This document shows, piece by piece, positions 23,961 to 32,477 of a stretch of DNA of 64,000 nt. The position numbers and the translations under genes are program-made. The stretch is taken from contig CAYFJZ010000006.1 of assembly GCA_964343715.1 (NCBI GenBank), positions 96,425 through 160,424 of the forward strand, read 5' to 3'. Origin of the DNA: an uncultured Candidatus Peribacteria bacterium (lineage in GTDB: Bacteria; Patescibacteriota; Gracilibacteria; UBA4473). The notes beneath the pieces were generated by a model. It saw only the letters and a program-made list of their open reading frames with translations, was not told the DNA's origin and made no database searches. Each line of letters starts with the position of its first letter. The first letter of the stretch is position 1.

Positions 23961-26663
23961 TTACTGCTTCGCGTTCTTTGGTTTTGTTTTTCCCGAATCA
24001 TTTTTAATTCCGGCCTTCTGATCCGAAACATTTTTTGGAGTAGTATTCTTGTCCTTTGCCGCAGGTGCTTTGGTGTCTTTTGACGCCTCTTCTGCAGGTC
24101 TTGAAGTCTTCTTTGGGGCCTCTGCAGGGGGCGTTTTTTTCTCTGATGCTTTGGGCGTCTCCTTTTTTGTTTCTGGCTTACCTCCAGATTGGGGGGATGA
24201 ATCAGCACCTTTCTTTTGATTCTGGCGCTTTTCATCCTCCGGACGTGACCATCGGTTAATCTTACTTTCTACCACTTCTCGGGGTTTGGCATATCGTTGT
24301 CGTGAAAATCGAACGATCTTTTCGGCGCGTTCATCCAGATCATCCTCGATACTAAATTTTGGAGGAGGAAGCGTCTGTCCCGAAAAGACCGGCGTAGGCA
24401 TTCCGTCCACCAAAATTCGATTATAAACGGTATATTTTGGCAGGTTCACGAGGTCAATGGGTTCTACTTTTTCTTCATCAAATTGTTCCGCAAATACCTT
24501 GGCATCATCGACCCCTACCTGAAAAGAAATCAGGCTTCCCACATTTCCAAAGACCGCCGCGGCCACTTCTTCGCTCATCTGGGCGACGTACTGGTTAGCC
24601 ATAGTCAGACTTAGGTGATACTTACGGGCTTCGGAAAGAATCGTCGCAAAAGAGTCAGTCGCAAAGTTCTGGAACTCATCCACAAAGAGTGAGAAGTCCG
24701 GTCGTTTTGATTCTTCTACATCAGCTCGACTCATCGCATCGATCTGAAACTTCGTAATCAAGAGCGATCCGAGCATGGCCGAGTTGTCTTCTCCGATTTT
24801 TCCCTTCGAGAGGTTAACGATCACAATTTTACCGCTGTCCATAGCAAAACGCAGATCGAGGGTTGATTTGGGCTGGCCCACAATGTTTCGAATAATGGGA
24901 GTCGAAAGAAACTGTCCCACCTTGTTCTGGATCGGTCCGACGGCTTCGGCCAGCTTGGCCGGCTGAAGGGCCGAAAACTCGGTCTTCCAAAAACTCTGCA
25001 CCATCGGATCCTGCACGAAATGGAGTACTTTTTCACGATAGTGTCGGTCCACCAGCATGCGGGTGATCCCCAGCATAGTAGTGTCGGGCGCTTCTACCAG
25101 CGCCAGGATGGTATTTCGCAAAAAGTGTTCTAGTCGTGGCCCCCAGGAATCGATATTCAGTTTCTTGATCACGCCAATCAACCCCGAAGCAATGAGTCCT
25201 CGCTGTTCGGCATTTTTTCCCTCAAGCATGTTAAACGCAATGGGGAAGTCGCGATCGGCCGGATCAAAGACAATCACATCATTGGTTCGATTTTTGGGAA
25301 CATATCGAATAATTGCTTCGGCCAGATCTCCGTGGGGATCAATCACACCAACGCCTTTCCCGGCTAAAATATCGGAGAAAATCATGTTTTCCAGCAGGGT
25401 CGATTTCCCCATCCCCGTCTTTCCGATGATGTACACATGTCGTCGTCGGTCTAGTTCTCGGATGCCGTATAGATCGTTGATATCTCGAAAGTTGGTTCGA
25501 CCAATCAGGGTTATGCCTTTTTCAGTTTCCGAAGGAAGATTGACTGGGGGTTCCAACTTCGCCGAATCCACCCACTGAATAGCCGGAGAAGTTACCGTTT
25601 CAGTCGGCAGGTGAAACATGGTCGCCAGTTCTTCCTGAGACAAAGCAAAAGGCTCTTTACTTCGCCGAAAAACAATATTTCTGAAGGTGTCAGATTTGAT
25701 GTCTTGGGTTGTGGTAGAAACCGAAAAGTGATTCATCTGCGGCAACGAATACTGCTGAAAAGTTCCCGCAATTTCTCGAATTTTGGCCTCGGCCTGAAGA
25801 TCGGGCATGTCTTTGTCGCAGACATAAACCGTTCGAATATTGGTCGCAAAATGCAGACGATTGAGTTTGTCATAAGAGGCCGAAAAAACCGTTTCTCGAT
25901 CATGCCGCCCAGAAGTCTGAGCCTCACGATCCAAATCCTGTTCTTCGTCATCATTGTTGTTATTGTCAGAGGTCGTAGGAAGAATATTTGATCCTGGACC
26001 AGCCATCCCCGTCAAAAACAGCATCATACACCACAAAGGCGATCTCCACGTTCTGACGCCCTTTTCGGGAGAAAGACGAGCCCATTGATAGAGCAATCGA
26101 AACCAGTCCCATTGCCAAGGGCCTGAGCCAAAAAACCGACGCAGTGTTTTTTGGGCAATAGCGTTCCACTTGGGGGCTACGGGCGTAATAACAAACTGTA
26201 GGACGGCTGAATCATTCTTATCAGCCAAATGCGTCAAAGCTGCGGTCACCGGACCCATAGGATCTTCAAAGGCCTGCGCCATTTTGTCCTCAAACTGAGG
26301 ATATCGCTTAAAAGGGAAAACCGTCGGTTCGGCTGGGCGAAGGGTCGCCATGAGCACTTTTTTGTCCTTGATGAGCTTTTTGGTGAAAATATCCGGCACT
26401 TCTTCGATCTCAACTTCGGGATACTGCGCATAAAACTGCGAAGAAAGCAAGGTCTTGAGATGTTCAGGGATAACCACATAAAAATAAACCCGACCATGCA
26501 CTCGAGCAATCTCAAAACTAACGGCTTCTTTCCGGTGTTGTTTGGCCGATTTAAGCAGCAATCCATGCAGCGAGGCGAGTATCTGCTCAAACGCCATAGG
26601 ACCACGCTGATTCAGTCGCGGAACGGTGAGCCGGAGCACTGCTTTTTTATAAGACCTTTTCAT
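23961..26663 (-). CDS. VirD4/TraD/TraG-like (type IV coupling-protein-like) P-loop NTPase with Lys/Pro-rich tail
   Basis: Walker A GKTGMGKST, VGVIDPHGDL, Walker B LFVDEFQNF and RKYHLSLTMANQY. ATG at 26663 (a TTG alternative lies at 26699). TTGTCA-17-TATAAA promoter upstream. Confidence 0.85.
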   Translation of the reverse strand: MKRSYKKAVLRLTVPRLNQRGPMAFEQILASLHGLLLKSAKQHRKEAVSFEIARVHGRVYFYVVIPEHLKTLLSSQFYAQYPEVEIEEVPDIFTKKLIKDKKVLMATLRPAEPTVFPFKRYPQFEDKMAQAFEDPMGPVTAALTHLADKNDSAVLQFVITPVAPKWNAIAQKTLRRFFGSGPWQWDWFRLLYQWARLSPEKGVRTWRSPLWCMMLFLTGMAGPGSNILPTTSDNNNNDDEEQDLDREAQTSGRHDRETVFSASYDKLNRLHFATNIRTVYVCDKDMPDLQAEAKIREIAGTFQQYSLPQMNHFSVSTTTQDIKSDTFRNIVFRRSKEPFALSQEELATMFHLPTETVTSPAIQWVDSAKLEPPVNLPSETEKGITLIGRTNFRDINDLYGIRELDRRRHVYIIGKTGMGKSTLLENMIFSDILAGKGVGVIDPHGDLAEAIIRYVPKNRTNDVIVFDPADRDFPIAFNMLEGKNAEQRGLIASGLIGVIKKLNIDSWGPRLEHFLRNTILALVEAPDTTMLGITRMLVDRHYREKVLHFVQDPMVQSFWKTEFSALQPAKLAEAVGPIQNKVGQFLSTPIIRNIVGQPKSTLDLRFAMDSGKIVIVNLSKGKIGEDNSAMLGSLLITKFQIDAMSRADVEESKRPDFSLFVDEFQNFATDSFATILSEARKYHLSLTMANQYVAQMSEEVAAAVFGNVGSLISFQVGVDDAKVFAEQFDEEKVEPIDLVNLPKYTVYNRILVDGMPTPVFSGQTLPPPKFSIEDDLDERAEKIVRFSRQRYAKPREVVESKINRWSRPEDEKRQNQKKGADSSPQSGGKPETKKETPKASEKKTPPAEAPKKTSRPAEEASKDTKAPAAKDKNTTPKNVSDQKAGIKNDSGKTKPKNAKQ

Positions 26664-26716
26664 TCTATTTATTTTACCAGAAAATCGCGTTTGAGGCAAT
26701 GGTGAAAGACGCTTTT

Positions 26717-26745
26717 TTTATAACACGTTTCGAGGTAATTGACAA
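26717..26745 (-). promoter_or_regulatory. Sigma-70-type promoter TTGTCA-17-TATAAA for the VirD4-like gene
   Basis: The minus strand reads TTGTCAATTACCTCGAAACGTGTTATAAA, about 50 nt upstream of the ATG at 26663. Confidence 0.55.
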
Positions 26746-27042
26746 GTCATAATTACATTGTTTACAAATGGAGAATGGGCGCTTAACGACGAAACCGAAA
26801 TAAAGGACCCGCTCTTTTTCCGCTCTTTTTAGTTTTGGACTTTGTAGGAGAAAAGGAATCAGGGGCAATTTAGCCACTTAAGAATAGGGGAGTTTCATCG
26901 AGATAAAGGCCTTCCAAAGTGATGGTCATGGTTGGTTACCTTTTTAGTTTTTTTGACGATTTATGACACACAAAGTCGTAGTATCTTACCCATCCTTTGG
27001 ACAAAAAGAGGACAGAGCCAAGTTTTAGCTTGAATTGGGGTA

Positions 27043-27080
27043 TAAAAAAGAGCCCGGGTGTCGGTGAAGACACCCGGGGA
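27043..27080 (-). terminator. Intrinsic terminator ending the four-gene small-membrane-protein operon
   Basis: Perfect 10-bp stem CCCGGGTGTC/GACACCCGGG followed by TTTTTT on the minus strand. Confidence 0.85.
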
Positions 27081-27123
27081 GTTATAGTCCTGCTAGGTCG
27101 CTGGGCGATGGGATCTCGCCGGT

Positions 27124-27588
27124 TTACGCCTCGACGGCGTGGAAGCTCAGGGTTTCAATACAGCAGTTGTCCGCCATCAGGCTCTGTAAGCGGTAGTAGT
27201 CTGCCCCATGGGAGACTACGAAGCTGAAGAGGAAACCCCCATATTGAAAGTCCACAACCAGAATTTTGCCCGCCCCAAGACGCGCTTGGGCCTGAGAAAA
27301 AGTACTGGTTCGGGGAATCTTGGGCGCTTGCACGGCCTCATCCCACGAGAACTTTTGCATGTCGTGACGAAGCCCCAACCGGAAGAGTATCCGTTGACGG
27401 AGTTTTTCAGAGTCGGAGGGGTCCGCCGGAATGGGGGAGGGCGGAACTTTATCCAAATTCCACCCCTTTCTCAGTCGTGGCCGATTGTACCAGCGCAGAA
27501 AATTCACCACCAGAGTGATGAGTCCGCCGGCAATCAGAGCCAGAGCGAAGAAGTCAGTCCAGGTCAGGATCAGAGGGAGATCAATCAT
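27124..27588 (-). CDS. Hypothetical N-terminally anchored membrane protein (operon gene 4)
   Basis: 154 aa with TM helix FFALALIAGGLITLVVNF. Its start overlaps the upstream stop (ATGA). Followed by terminator 27043-27080. Confidence 0.6.
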   Translation of the reverse strand: MIDLPLILTWTDFFALALIAGGLITLVVNFLRWYNRPRLRKGWNLDKVPPSPIPADPSDSEKLRQRILFRLGLRHDMQKFSWDEAVQAPKIPRTSTFSQAQARLGAGKILVVDFQYGGFLFSFVVSHGADYYRLQSLMADNCCIETLSFHAVEA

Positions 27589-28226
27589 TGGGAGTCTCCT
27601 GGGAAAGGTTCGAAATTAGGCGGATGGCATCCTTCATCCAGTAGTTGCTGGATCCGAGCCTTCTTGAGACCTAGATCGGCCCGGGTCAGCCCCGCGTCAT
27701 CAAGAATCGCATCCATTTCATGCACATAGCTTTCCGGATCACCTTCACAGTCCAAGGCGTTATGCCAGTAGCTGAAAGCCTGGTCCAGCGCAAACAGTTT
27801 TTCCTTTGGCACTGCTAGCCAAACCTTGGGGATGGCGTAGTAGTGTGACCAAACAACCGCAGCCGAGTGACGGATTCTCTCGATGTCAGCAAAGTCATCC
27901 TCAGAAGAAACCGTTTGGGCTGATTTCTCAACACCATTGTCGAGGTGAACAACAAGCACTTCACCTGGTCTCAGCCAAGACTTGAGGCTTTGGTAAGAAG
28001 ATCCGCTCAGTGAGCGGCCTTTCTCAACCATCCAGGTGTTGCACCGCAGAAAAGTGAAACACTCTTCGGCGGGTGTTTCCAGAACGGAGAGCTCCGCCGT
28101 TGGTGCGGGGGGGGTGGGGGATGACAGTTCTCGGTTCTCAACGAACCAATTCCAGATCCAGAAAAAGCCTGCGATAAAGAGCACGAGGCCAATGATGAGA
28201 GGACGATATTGTTTCATGATGATCAC
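27585..28226 (-). CDS. Hypothetical N-terminally anchored membrane protein (operon gene 3)
   Basis: 213 aa with TM helix LIIGLVLFIAGFFWIW. No recognisable domain. Confidence 0.65.
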   Translation of the reverse strand: MIIMKQYRPLIIGLVLFIAGFFWIWNWFVENRELSSPTPPAPTAELSVLETPAEECFTFLRCNTWMVEKGRSLSGSSYQSLKSWLRPGEVLVVHLDNGVEKSAQTVSSEDDFADIERIRHSAAVVWSHYYAIPKVWLAVPKEKLFALDQAFSYWHNALDCEGDPESYVHEMDAILDDAGLTRADLGLKKARIQQLLDEGCHPPNFEPFPGDSQ

Positions 28227-28256
28227 CGTGAATAGAAAAGTGAAAACAGGTTTCGA

Positions 28257-28586
28257 CTAGGCCTTCACGTCCCGAGGCGAAAAGCTCAGAACATGGTCAT
28301 GGAATCGCTTAACAGACGCGGCCCAGAGTTGATCAAGTTCCTCTTGCTTCGAACCGATGGTTTCCAATGAGGCATTTACCTTAGCAAGATCGCGCTTCAG
28401 CGCGTTGATGCTGTGGAAGGCCTCGTTGAACATCAGGTATTCATGATAACGAAGGCGATTCAGGATCCCCTTGGCAGATTTAAGACACCAATGCCGGTAT
28501 CGAAGATACTCCCACAGGAGAAGCGCAGGGATAAAGTAGGACGCCAAGATGAGGAGCCCCAACAGGATGATCAGTAGGGTGTTCAT
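28257..28586 (-). CDS. Hypothetical N-terminally anchored membrane protein (operon gene 2)
   Basis: 109 aa with TM helix LLIILLGLLILASYFIPALLLW and a helical C-terminus. Confidence 0.6.
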   Translation of the reverse strand: MNTLLIILLGLLILASYFIPALLLWEYLRYRHWCLKSAKGILNRLRYHEYLMFNEAFHSINALKRDLAKVNASLETIGSKQEELDQLWAASVKRFHDHVLSFSPRDVKA

Positions 28587-28610
28587 AAAACCTCCTTTTT
28601 CATATTGAAG

Positions 28611-28832
28611 CTAGGGCTTCTGAATCTGATTGGGCTGAAACTTGGTGTGTTCTTGATGCTCAGCCCGAAACTTCGGGTATTGAGTCTGCTGTTGAAGATG
28701 TTTGTAGCGAATGGAAAGTGAATCTGAGCGGAGATAGACCAGGCTATATCCAATCAGACAAGCAATGATGCTCAGGGTTAGAAGGAAATACAGGATCCTT
28801 CGCCCCCAGAGATGAAAGTAATACAGAAGCAT
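28611..28832 (-). CDS. Hypothetical small membrane protein (operon gene 1)
   Basis: 73 aa with TM helix ILYFLLTLSIIACLIGYSLVY. Confidence 0.45.
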   Translation of the reverse strand: MLLYYFHLWGRRILYFLLTLSIIACLIGYSLVYLRSDSLSIRYKHLQQQTQYPKFRAEHQEHTKFQPNQIQKP

Positions 28833-28924
28833 AAGGACCCCCTGTTAAAGCGAAATGGAAAAATAAAACCACAAATCCAATGAGCCAACTCATCAGATCA
28901 GTGGCTTCATTTCCCATGTTTATT

Positions 28925-29004
28925 TAGCGAGCAGGACATTTGCAATCGAGAAAATCCGTCTAAAAAAGAAAAAAATTCCATCAATTGCAAATTGTCGCTC
29001 GCTA
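28925..29004. promoter_or_regulatory. Imperfect 21-nt inverted repeat in the divergent pilD / small-membrane-protein promoter region
   Basis: TAGCGAGCAGGACATTTGCAAT (28925-46) versus ATTGCAAATTGTCGCTCGCTA (28984-29004), separated by 37 nt. Confidence 0.4.
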
Positions 29005-29147
29005 AGAGCGGAATGTGAAAGATCTACAGTCTTTATTTAATAGCATGAAAACGTAAAAAAGTCAAGCAATAAGGCATAATTATTAAGACAGAAACGAGTT
29101 CAAAAAGTACGATTAAGCAATCAAAGGTCCTTCAATATTTTTCTGCG

Positions 29148-29900
29148 ATGCTTTTCTATCTTATTGCCGGTCTCTTGGGGGCTATTCTCGCGAGTTTTAG
29201 CAGTGTGCTCATTACCCGCCTCCATCACGAAGAAAAGGGAATCTTTTGGGGACGATCCAAGTGCCCAAAATGCGGCAAAGTCCTCAAACCCTGGAATCTG
29301 ATTCCCATCCTTTCCTGGATTTTTCAGAAGGGGAAATGTGGGGCTTGCCAGGAACGGATTTCGGCTCGCTATCTCATCATTGAGCTGGTCTACTTTTTTG
29401 TATTCATCGTGTTCACCGAAAAATTCTTCGGAGAACCATTTTTTCCCATTCTCATGGCCTTTGTCTTTGTCACCCTGGTGGCCTTCTTCTACGACTGGTG
29501 GTATCACGAGGTAGATTTAAGAATCATGACTCCCGCCCTCGTAGGAGCCACCATGTGGGCGTACTTCCGCCCTCTTCCGTTTGAGGATTTTCTCCTTGGA
29601 GGGGCTATTGGAGCGGGTTTTTATGCGGCTCAGTACTACGCCTCAAAGGGGAAATGGGTCGGTCTAGGGGATCTCTGGTTGGGGGGCTTTATGGGCCTAC
29701 TCTTGGGCTGGAAATACGTATTAATGGCTCTCTTGATCGCTTATATCGGTGGCTCAATCATTGCCCTCGGGCTCGTGGCCTTCAAAGACTACAATCGAAA
29801 ATCAGCGCTTCCCATGGGGGCTTTCCTTATGCCCGCTCTGCTGCTCATGTTGTACGGCGGAGACGTGATTTGGGAGTGGTACTGGGACTTAATACTGTAG
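29148..29900 (+). CDS. pilD: Type IV prepilin peptidase (A24 family)
   Basis: Zn-finger CPKCG...CGAC, polytopic membrane body and the GLGDLWLGGFMG catalytic Asp box. Confidence 0.9.
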   Translation: MLFYLIAGLLGAILASFSSVLITRLHHEEKGIFWGRSKCPKCGKVLKPWNLIPILSWIFQKGKCGACQERISARYLIIELVYFFVFIVFTEKFFGEPFFPILMAFVFVTLVAFFYDWWYHEVDLRIMTPALVGATMWAYFRPLPFEDFLLGGAIGAGFYAAQYYASKGKWVGLGDLWLGGFMGLLLGWKYVLMALLIAYIGGSIIALGLVAFKDYNRKSALPMGAFLMPALLLMLYGGDVIWEWYWDLIL

Positions 29901-29992
29901 TGGTGAGTAGGTTCGATCGTGCTAATGATAAATTATCTTTCCAATTGAAAAGTTAATTGATAGGATCAGCCGCGAGTATAAAGATTCACAGC

Positions 29993-30277
29993 ATGATTGT
30001 AGATCTCGCAAAAACGGCTCGGCCCTCAAAAATTCAGCCAAAAGTATTTCAGATTTTTAAAGAAATGCAGAAATCAGACGATAGTTATTTGGTAGTAGTA
30101 GATGGAGATAATCGCCCCATGGGAGCGATCGTTTCGCCTGCTATAATCCAGAACTATATCAATACCCACCAAGAGCAGGAGCTCAAAGACTTTTCCCAAT
30201 TGGCAAAGTCGTCTTTTTCATTCTGGGATAATTCAGAGGACGATATTTATGATGATTTTTATTCAGAGTCATCATGA
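29993..30277 (+). CDS. Putative antitoxin of the MazF/PemK-like toxin
   Basis: 94-aa ORF whose stop overlaps the toxin start (ATGA at 30274-30277). SYLVVVDGDNRPMGAIVSPAIIQNYI resembles Phd/YefM-type antitoxins. Confidence 0.55.
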   Translation: MIVDLAKTARPSKIQPKVFQIFKEMQKSDDSYLVVVDGDNRPMGAIVSPAIIQNYINTHQEQELKDFSQLAKSSFSFWDNSEDDIYDDFYSESS

Positions 30278-30615
30278 AAAAGCTTCAAAAAGGCGAAATA
30301 ATTCTTATTAATTTTCCTTTTTCTGACCAAGAAGGGAAAAAGTTGCGTCCGGCCTTGGTTGTGGCCGATTGTAGCCACGGAAAATATCAAGACATTATTA
30401 TTCTGGCCATTACCTCGCAAAAATTAGAAAAAAAAGAGCGAGAAGTTGAGATTAACGACAGCGATTTATCTGAAGGGAAATTGCCCAGAAGGTCCTACAT
30501 TCGAGTTTCAAAAATCACAACGATCGAAAGAAAAATGATAAAAAATAGAGTAGCCCTTTTGGGGAGTGATAAAATAAGCGAAGTTGTTTTCAAATTGAAC
30601 CAGATTTTGAAATAA
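30274..30615 (+). CDS. MazF/PemK-family type II toxin (endoribonuclease)
   Basis: KGEIILINFPFSD..GKKLRPALVV, ILAITSQ and SYIRVSKITTIE fit the PemK/MazF fold pattern. Confidence 0.8.
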   Translation: MKKLQKGEIILINFPFSDQEGKKLRPALVVADCSHGKYQDIIILAITSQKLEKKEREVEINDSDLSEGKLPRRSYIRVSKITTIERKMIKNRVALLGSDKISEVVFKLNQILK

Positions 30616-30662
30616 AAAATATTCTTAATACCTACTTCCCTATACTTTCTTCCATTCGAATT

Positions 30663-31697
30663 ATGTCCTCTATTTCCGTCTGCATTCCCGAATCAAAAAC
30701 CGAGTATTCCGTTCAATTCGGAGAAGATTTTAGTTGGTTGCATAAACAAATTGAACAAGTAATACGGGGTAAGGACGTGCTAGTAGTGACTGATGAAAAC
30801 GTCTTTCAGAAAACGAATTTTCCCTTTGATAAATTTTCTTCCGTCCAGGTGATTCCGGCGGGGGAGTTGAATAAAAAGTGGGAAACCGTGAACGGTATCT
30901 TAGAAAAGGCTTTTTCGCTCGGTCTAGATCGCAGCGCAACCTTTGTTGCGGTGGGTGGGGGCGTAGTGGGAGATATGACGGGTTTTGCCGCGTCCCTTTT
31001 TATGCGGGGATGTGAATTTATTCAGGTGCCTACCACGCTTTTAGCCCAAGTAGACGCCAGCGTCGGGGGAAAAACTGGAATCAACTGCCGTCACGGAAAA
31101 AACCTCATCGGGGCCATTTATCAGCCCCAAGCGGTATGGTGTTGCCGCCAATTTTTGACCACCCTCCCCGAATCCGAAATGAAAAACGGGCTGGCGGAGA
31201 TGATTAAACACGGGATTCTTGGTTCAGTGGCTCATTTCGAAGCACTCCAAGCGCTTGGAAACCAGTTTCAAGGCCAATCCCAAGTATCATCCGAGTTTCT
31301 CGAAGCCATATTCAGACTCGTTCCCGATTCGGTCGACATCAAGCGAAAGGTGGTCGAAGGAGACGAAAAAGAAGCCCATTCAAGAATGGTGCTCAACCTA
31401 GGACACACCTTTGGTCACGCTATAGAGCTGCTTTCTGATTTTAGCATTGCTCATGGAACCGCCGTTGCCATGGGGACCATAATGGCAACCAATAAAGCCG
31501 AAAAAGAAGGGCTGTGCGCCTCAGAAGAAGCTGAACGCATTCGAAATATTTTTCCGCTGTTTGGGTTTGATCTTTCGTGCCCCTATTCCGACGAAGAGAT
31601 CCAAAATGCCATGCAGCACGACAAAAAAAAGCGGGAAGGAAAGCTGAAATTGGTGTTGCCCAAAAAGATAGGAAAGGTCGTAATTAAAAGTCCGTAG
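30663..31697 (+). CDS. aroB: 3-dehydroquinate synthase
   Basis: GGGVVGDMTGFAAS, IQVPTTLLAQVDASVGGKTGIN, GLAEMIKHG and LNLGHTFGHAIE match. Confidence 0.92.
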   Translation: MSSISVCIPESKTEYSVQFGEDFSWLHKQIEQVIRGKDVLVVTDENVFQKTNFPFDKFSSVQVIPAGELNKKWETVNGILEKAFSLGLDRSATFVAVGGGVVGDMTGFAASLFMRGCEFIQVPTTLLAQVDASVGGKTGINCRHGKNLIGAIYQPQAVWCCRQFLTTLPESEMKNGLAEMIKHGILGSVAHFEALQALGNQFQGQSQVSSEFLEAIFRLVPDSVDIKRKVVEGDEKEAHSRMVLNLGHTFGHAIELLSDFSIAHGTAVAMGTIMATNKAEKEGLCASEEAERIRNIFPLFGFDLSCPYSDEEIQNAMQHDKKKREGKLKLVLPKKIGKVVIKSP

Positions 31698-31823
31698 TCA
31701 AACCAAGAATCCCCCTTTTGAAGGGGGAGTTCTTCCGTAAATGAAGCAAAAAGATTGGAGAAGTATTATTCAAGAGTGATCAACAGACACGCGAAGGAGG
31801 GGGTTTTTGAGTTCAACAAAACA

Positions 31824-32093
31824 TCAGTACAACTTCCCTCGATGCAAAACCCTTAAAAGTTCTATAGTTTTAGTTTCACGATGCAGAATAAAGAGCACCC
31901 GATAATTTCCTACTCGAAGTCGAAAATCTGCGAGCTTAAAATGGTGCAGCTTTTTTACCTGAACAAAACCTGGCCAAGGTTCTTCAGATAGCTCTTGAAT
32001 TTTTTTATTTAGAGTAGCGATCGATTTGGCAGAAAGAAGAGAAAGATCTCTTTCCCAGGTTTTTGCACAAGCAATAACCAATTTATAAGCCAT
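31824..32093 (-). CDS. RelE/ParE-family type II toxin
   Basis: 89 aa from the ATG at 32093. FRLRVGNYRVLFILHRETKTIELLRVLHRG is typical. It overlaps the upstream antitoxin gene by 11 nt. Confidence 0.75.
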   Translation of the reverse strand: MAYKLVIACAKTWERDLSLLSAKSIATLNKKIQELSEEPWPGFVQVKKLHHFKLADFRLRVGNYRVLFILHRETKTIELLRVLHRGKLY

Positions 32094-32367
32094 GTTTGTG
32101 GTTGAATTTTTCCCAGGAAACGGGGCTGGTTTTTCCGGTCCTTGCTTTTGCAACCAAAGAAGAAGTGGTCTCATCCTGTAGTTCCCACATTTCTTCTAAT
32201 ATCTGTTCTAAAACACCAGAATCCAATAGATATTGAGCTGTTTCTTTATTAACGAGCAGGCCCTGTAACTGATTATTATTCAGAATAATCTGAAAGGGCT
32301 CATCTGAATTAAGCACCTTTTTGGTGTTTCTCTGTAGCTGAGTAGTGGGAACAAAAGTTGTTTTCAT
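32083..32367 (-). CDS. Phd/YefM-like antitoxin
   Basis: The N-terminus TTQLQRNTKKVLNSDEPFQIILNNNQLQGLLVNKETAQYL fits the Phd/YefM pattern. Paired with the RelE-like gene. Confidence 0.7.
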   Translation of the reverse strand: MKTTFVPTTQLQRNTKKVLNSDEPFQIILNNNQLQGLLVNKETAQYLLDSGVLEQILEEMWELQDETTSSLVAKARTGKTSPVSWEKFNHKHGL

Positions 32368-32444
32368 TTTAAGATTTGATAATTGTATGATAATTATATG
32401 ATAAAATTACACAAAATACCAGAAAAGCGACAGGGAGACCGAAT

Positions 32445-32477
32445 TTACTACTCCTTGTTGTCTACTCTTCACTCTTT
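32445..32477 (+). repeat. CTACTCCTTGTTGT-type motif overlapping the U32 3' end
   Basis: TTACTACTCCTTGTTGTCTACTCTTCACTCTTT. Its complement encodes ...KKSEE plus the stop TAG. Confidence 0.7.
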
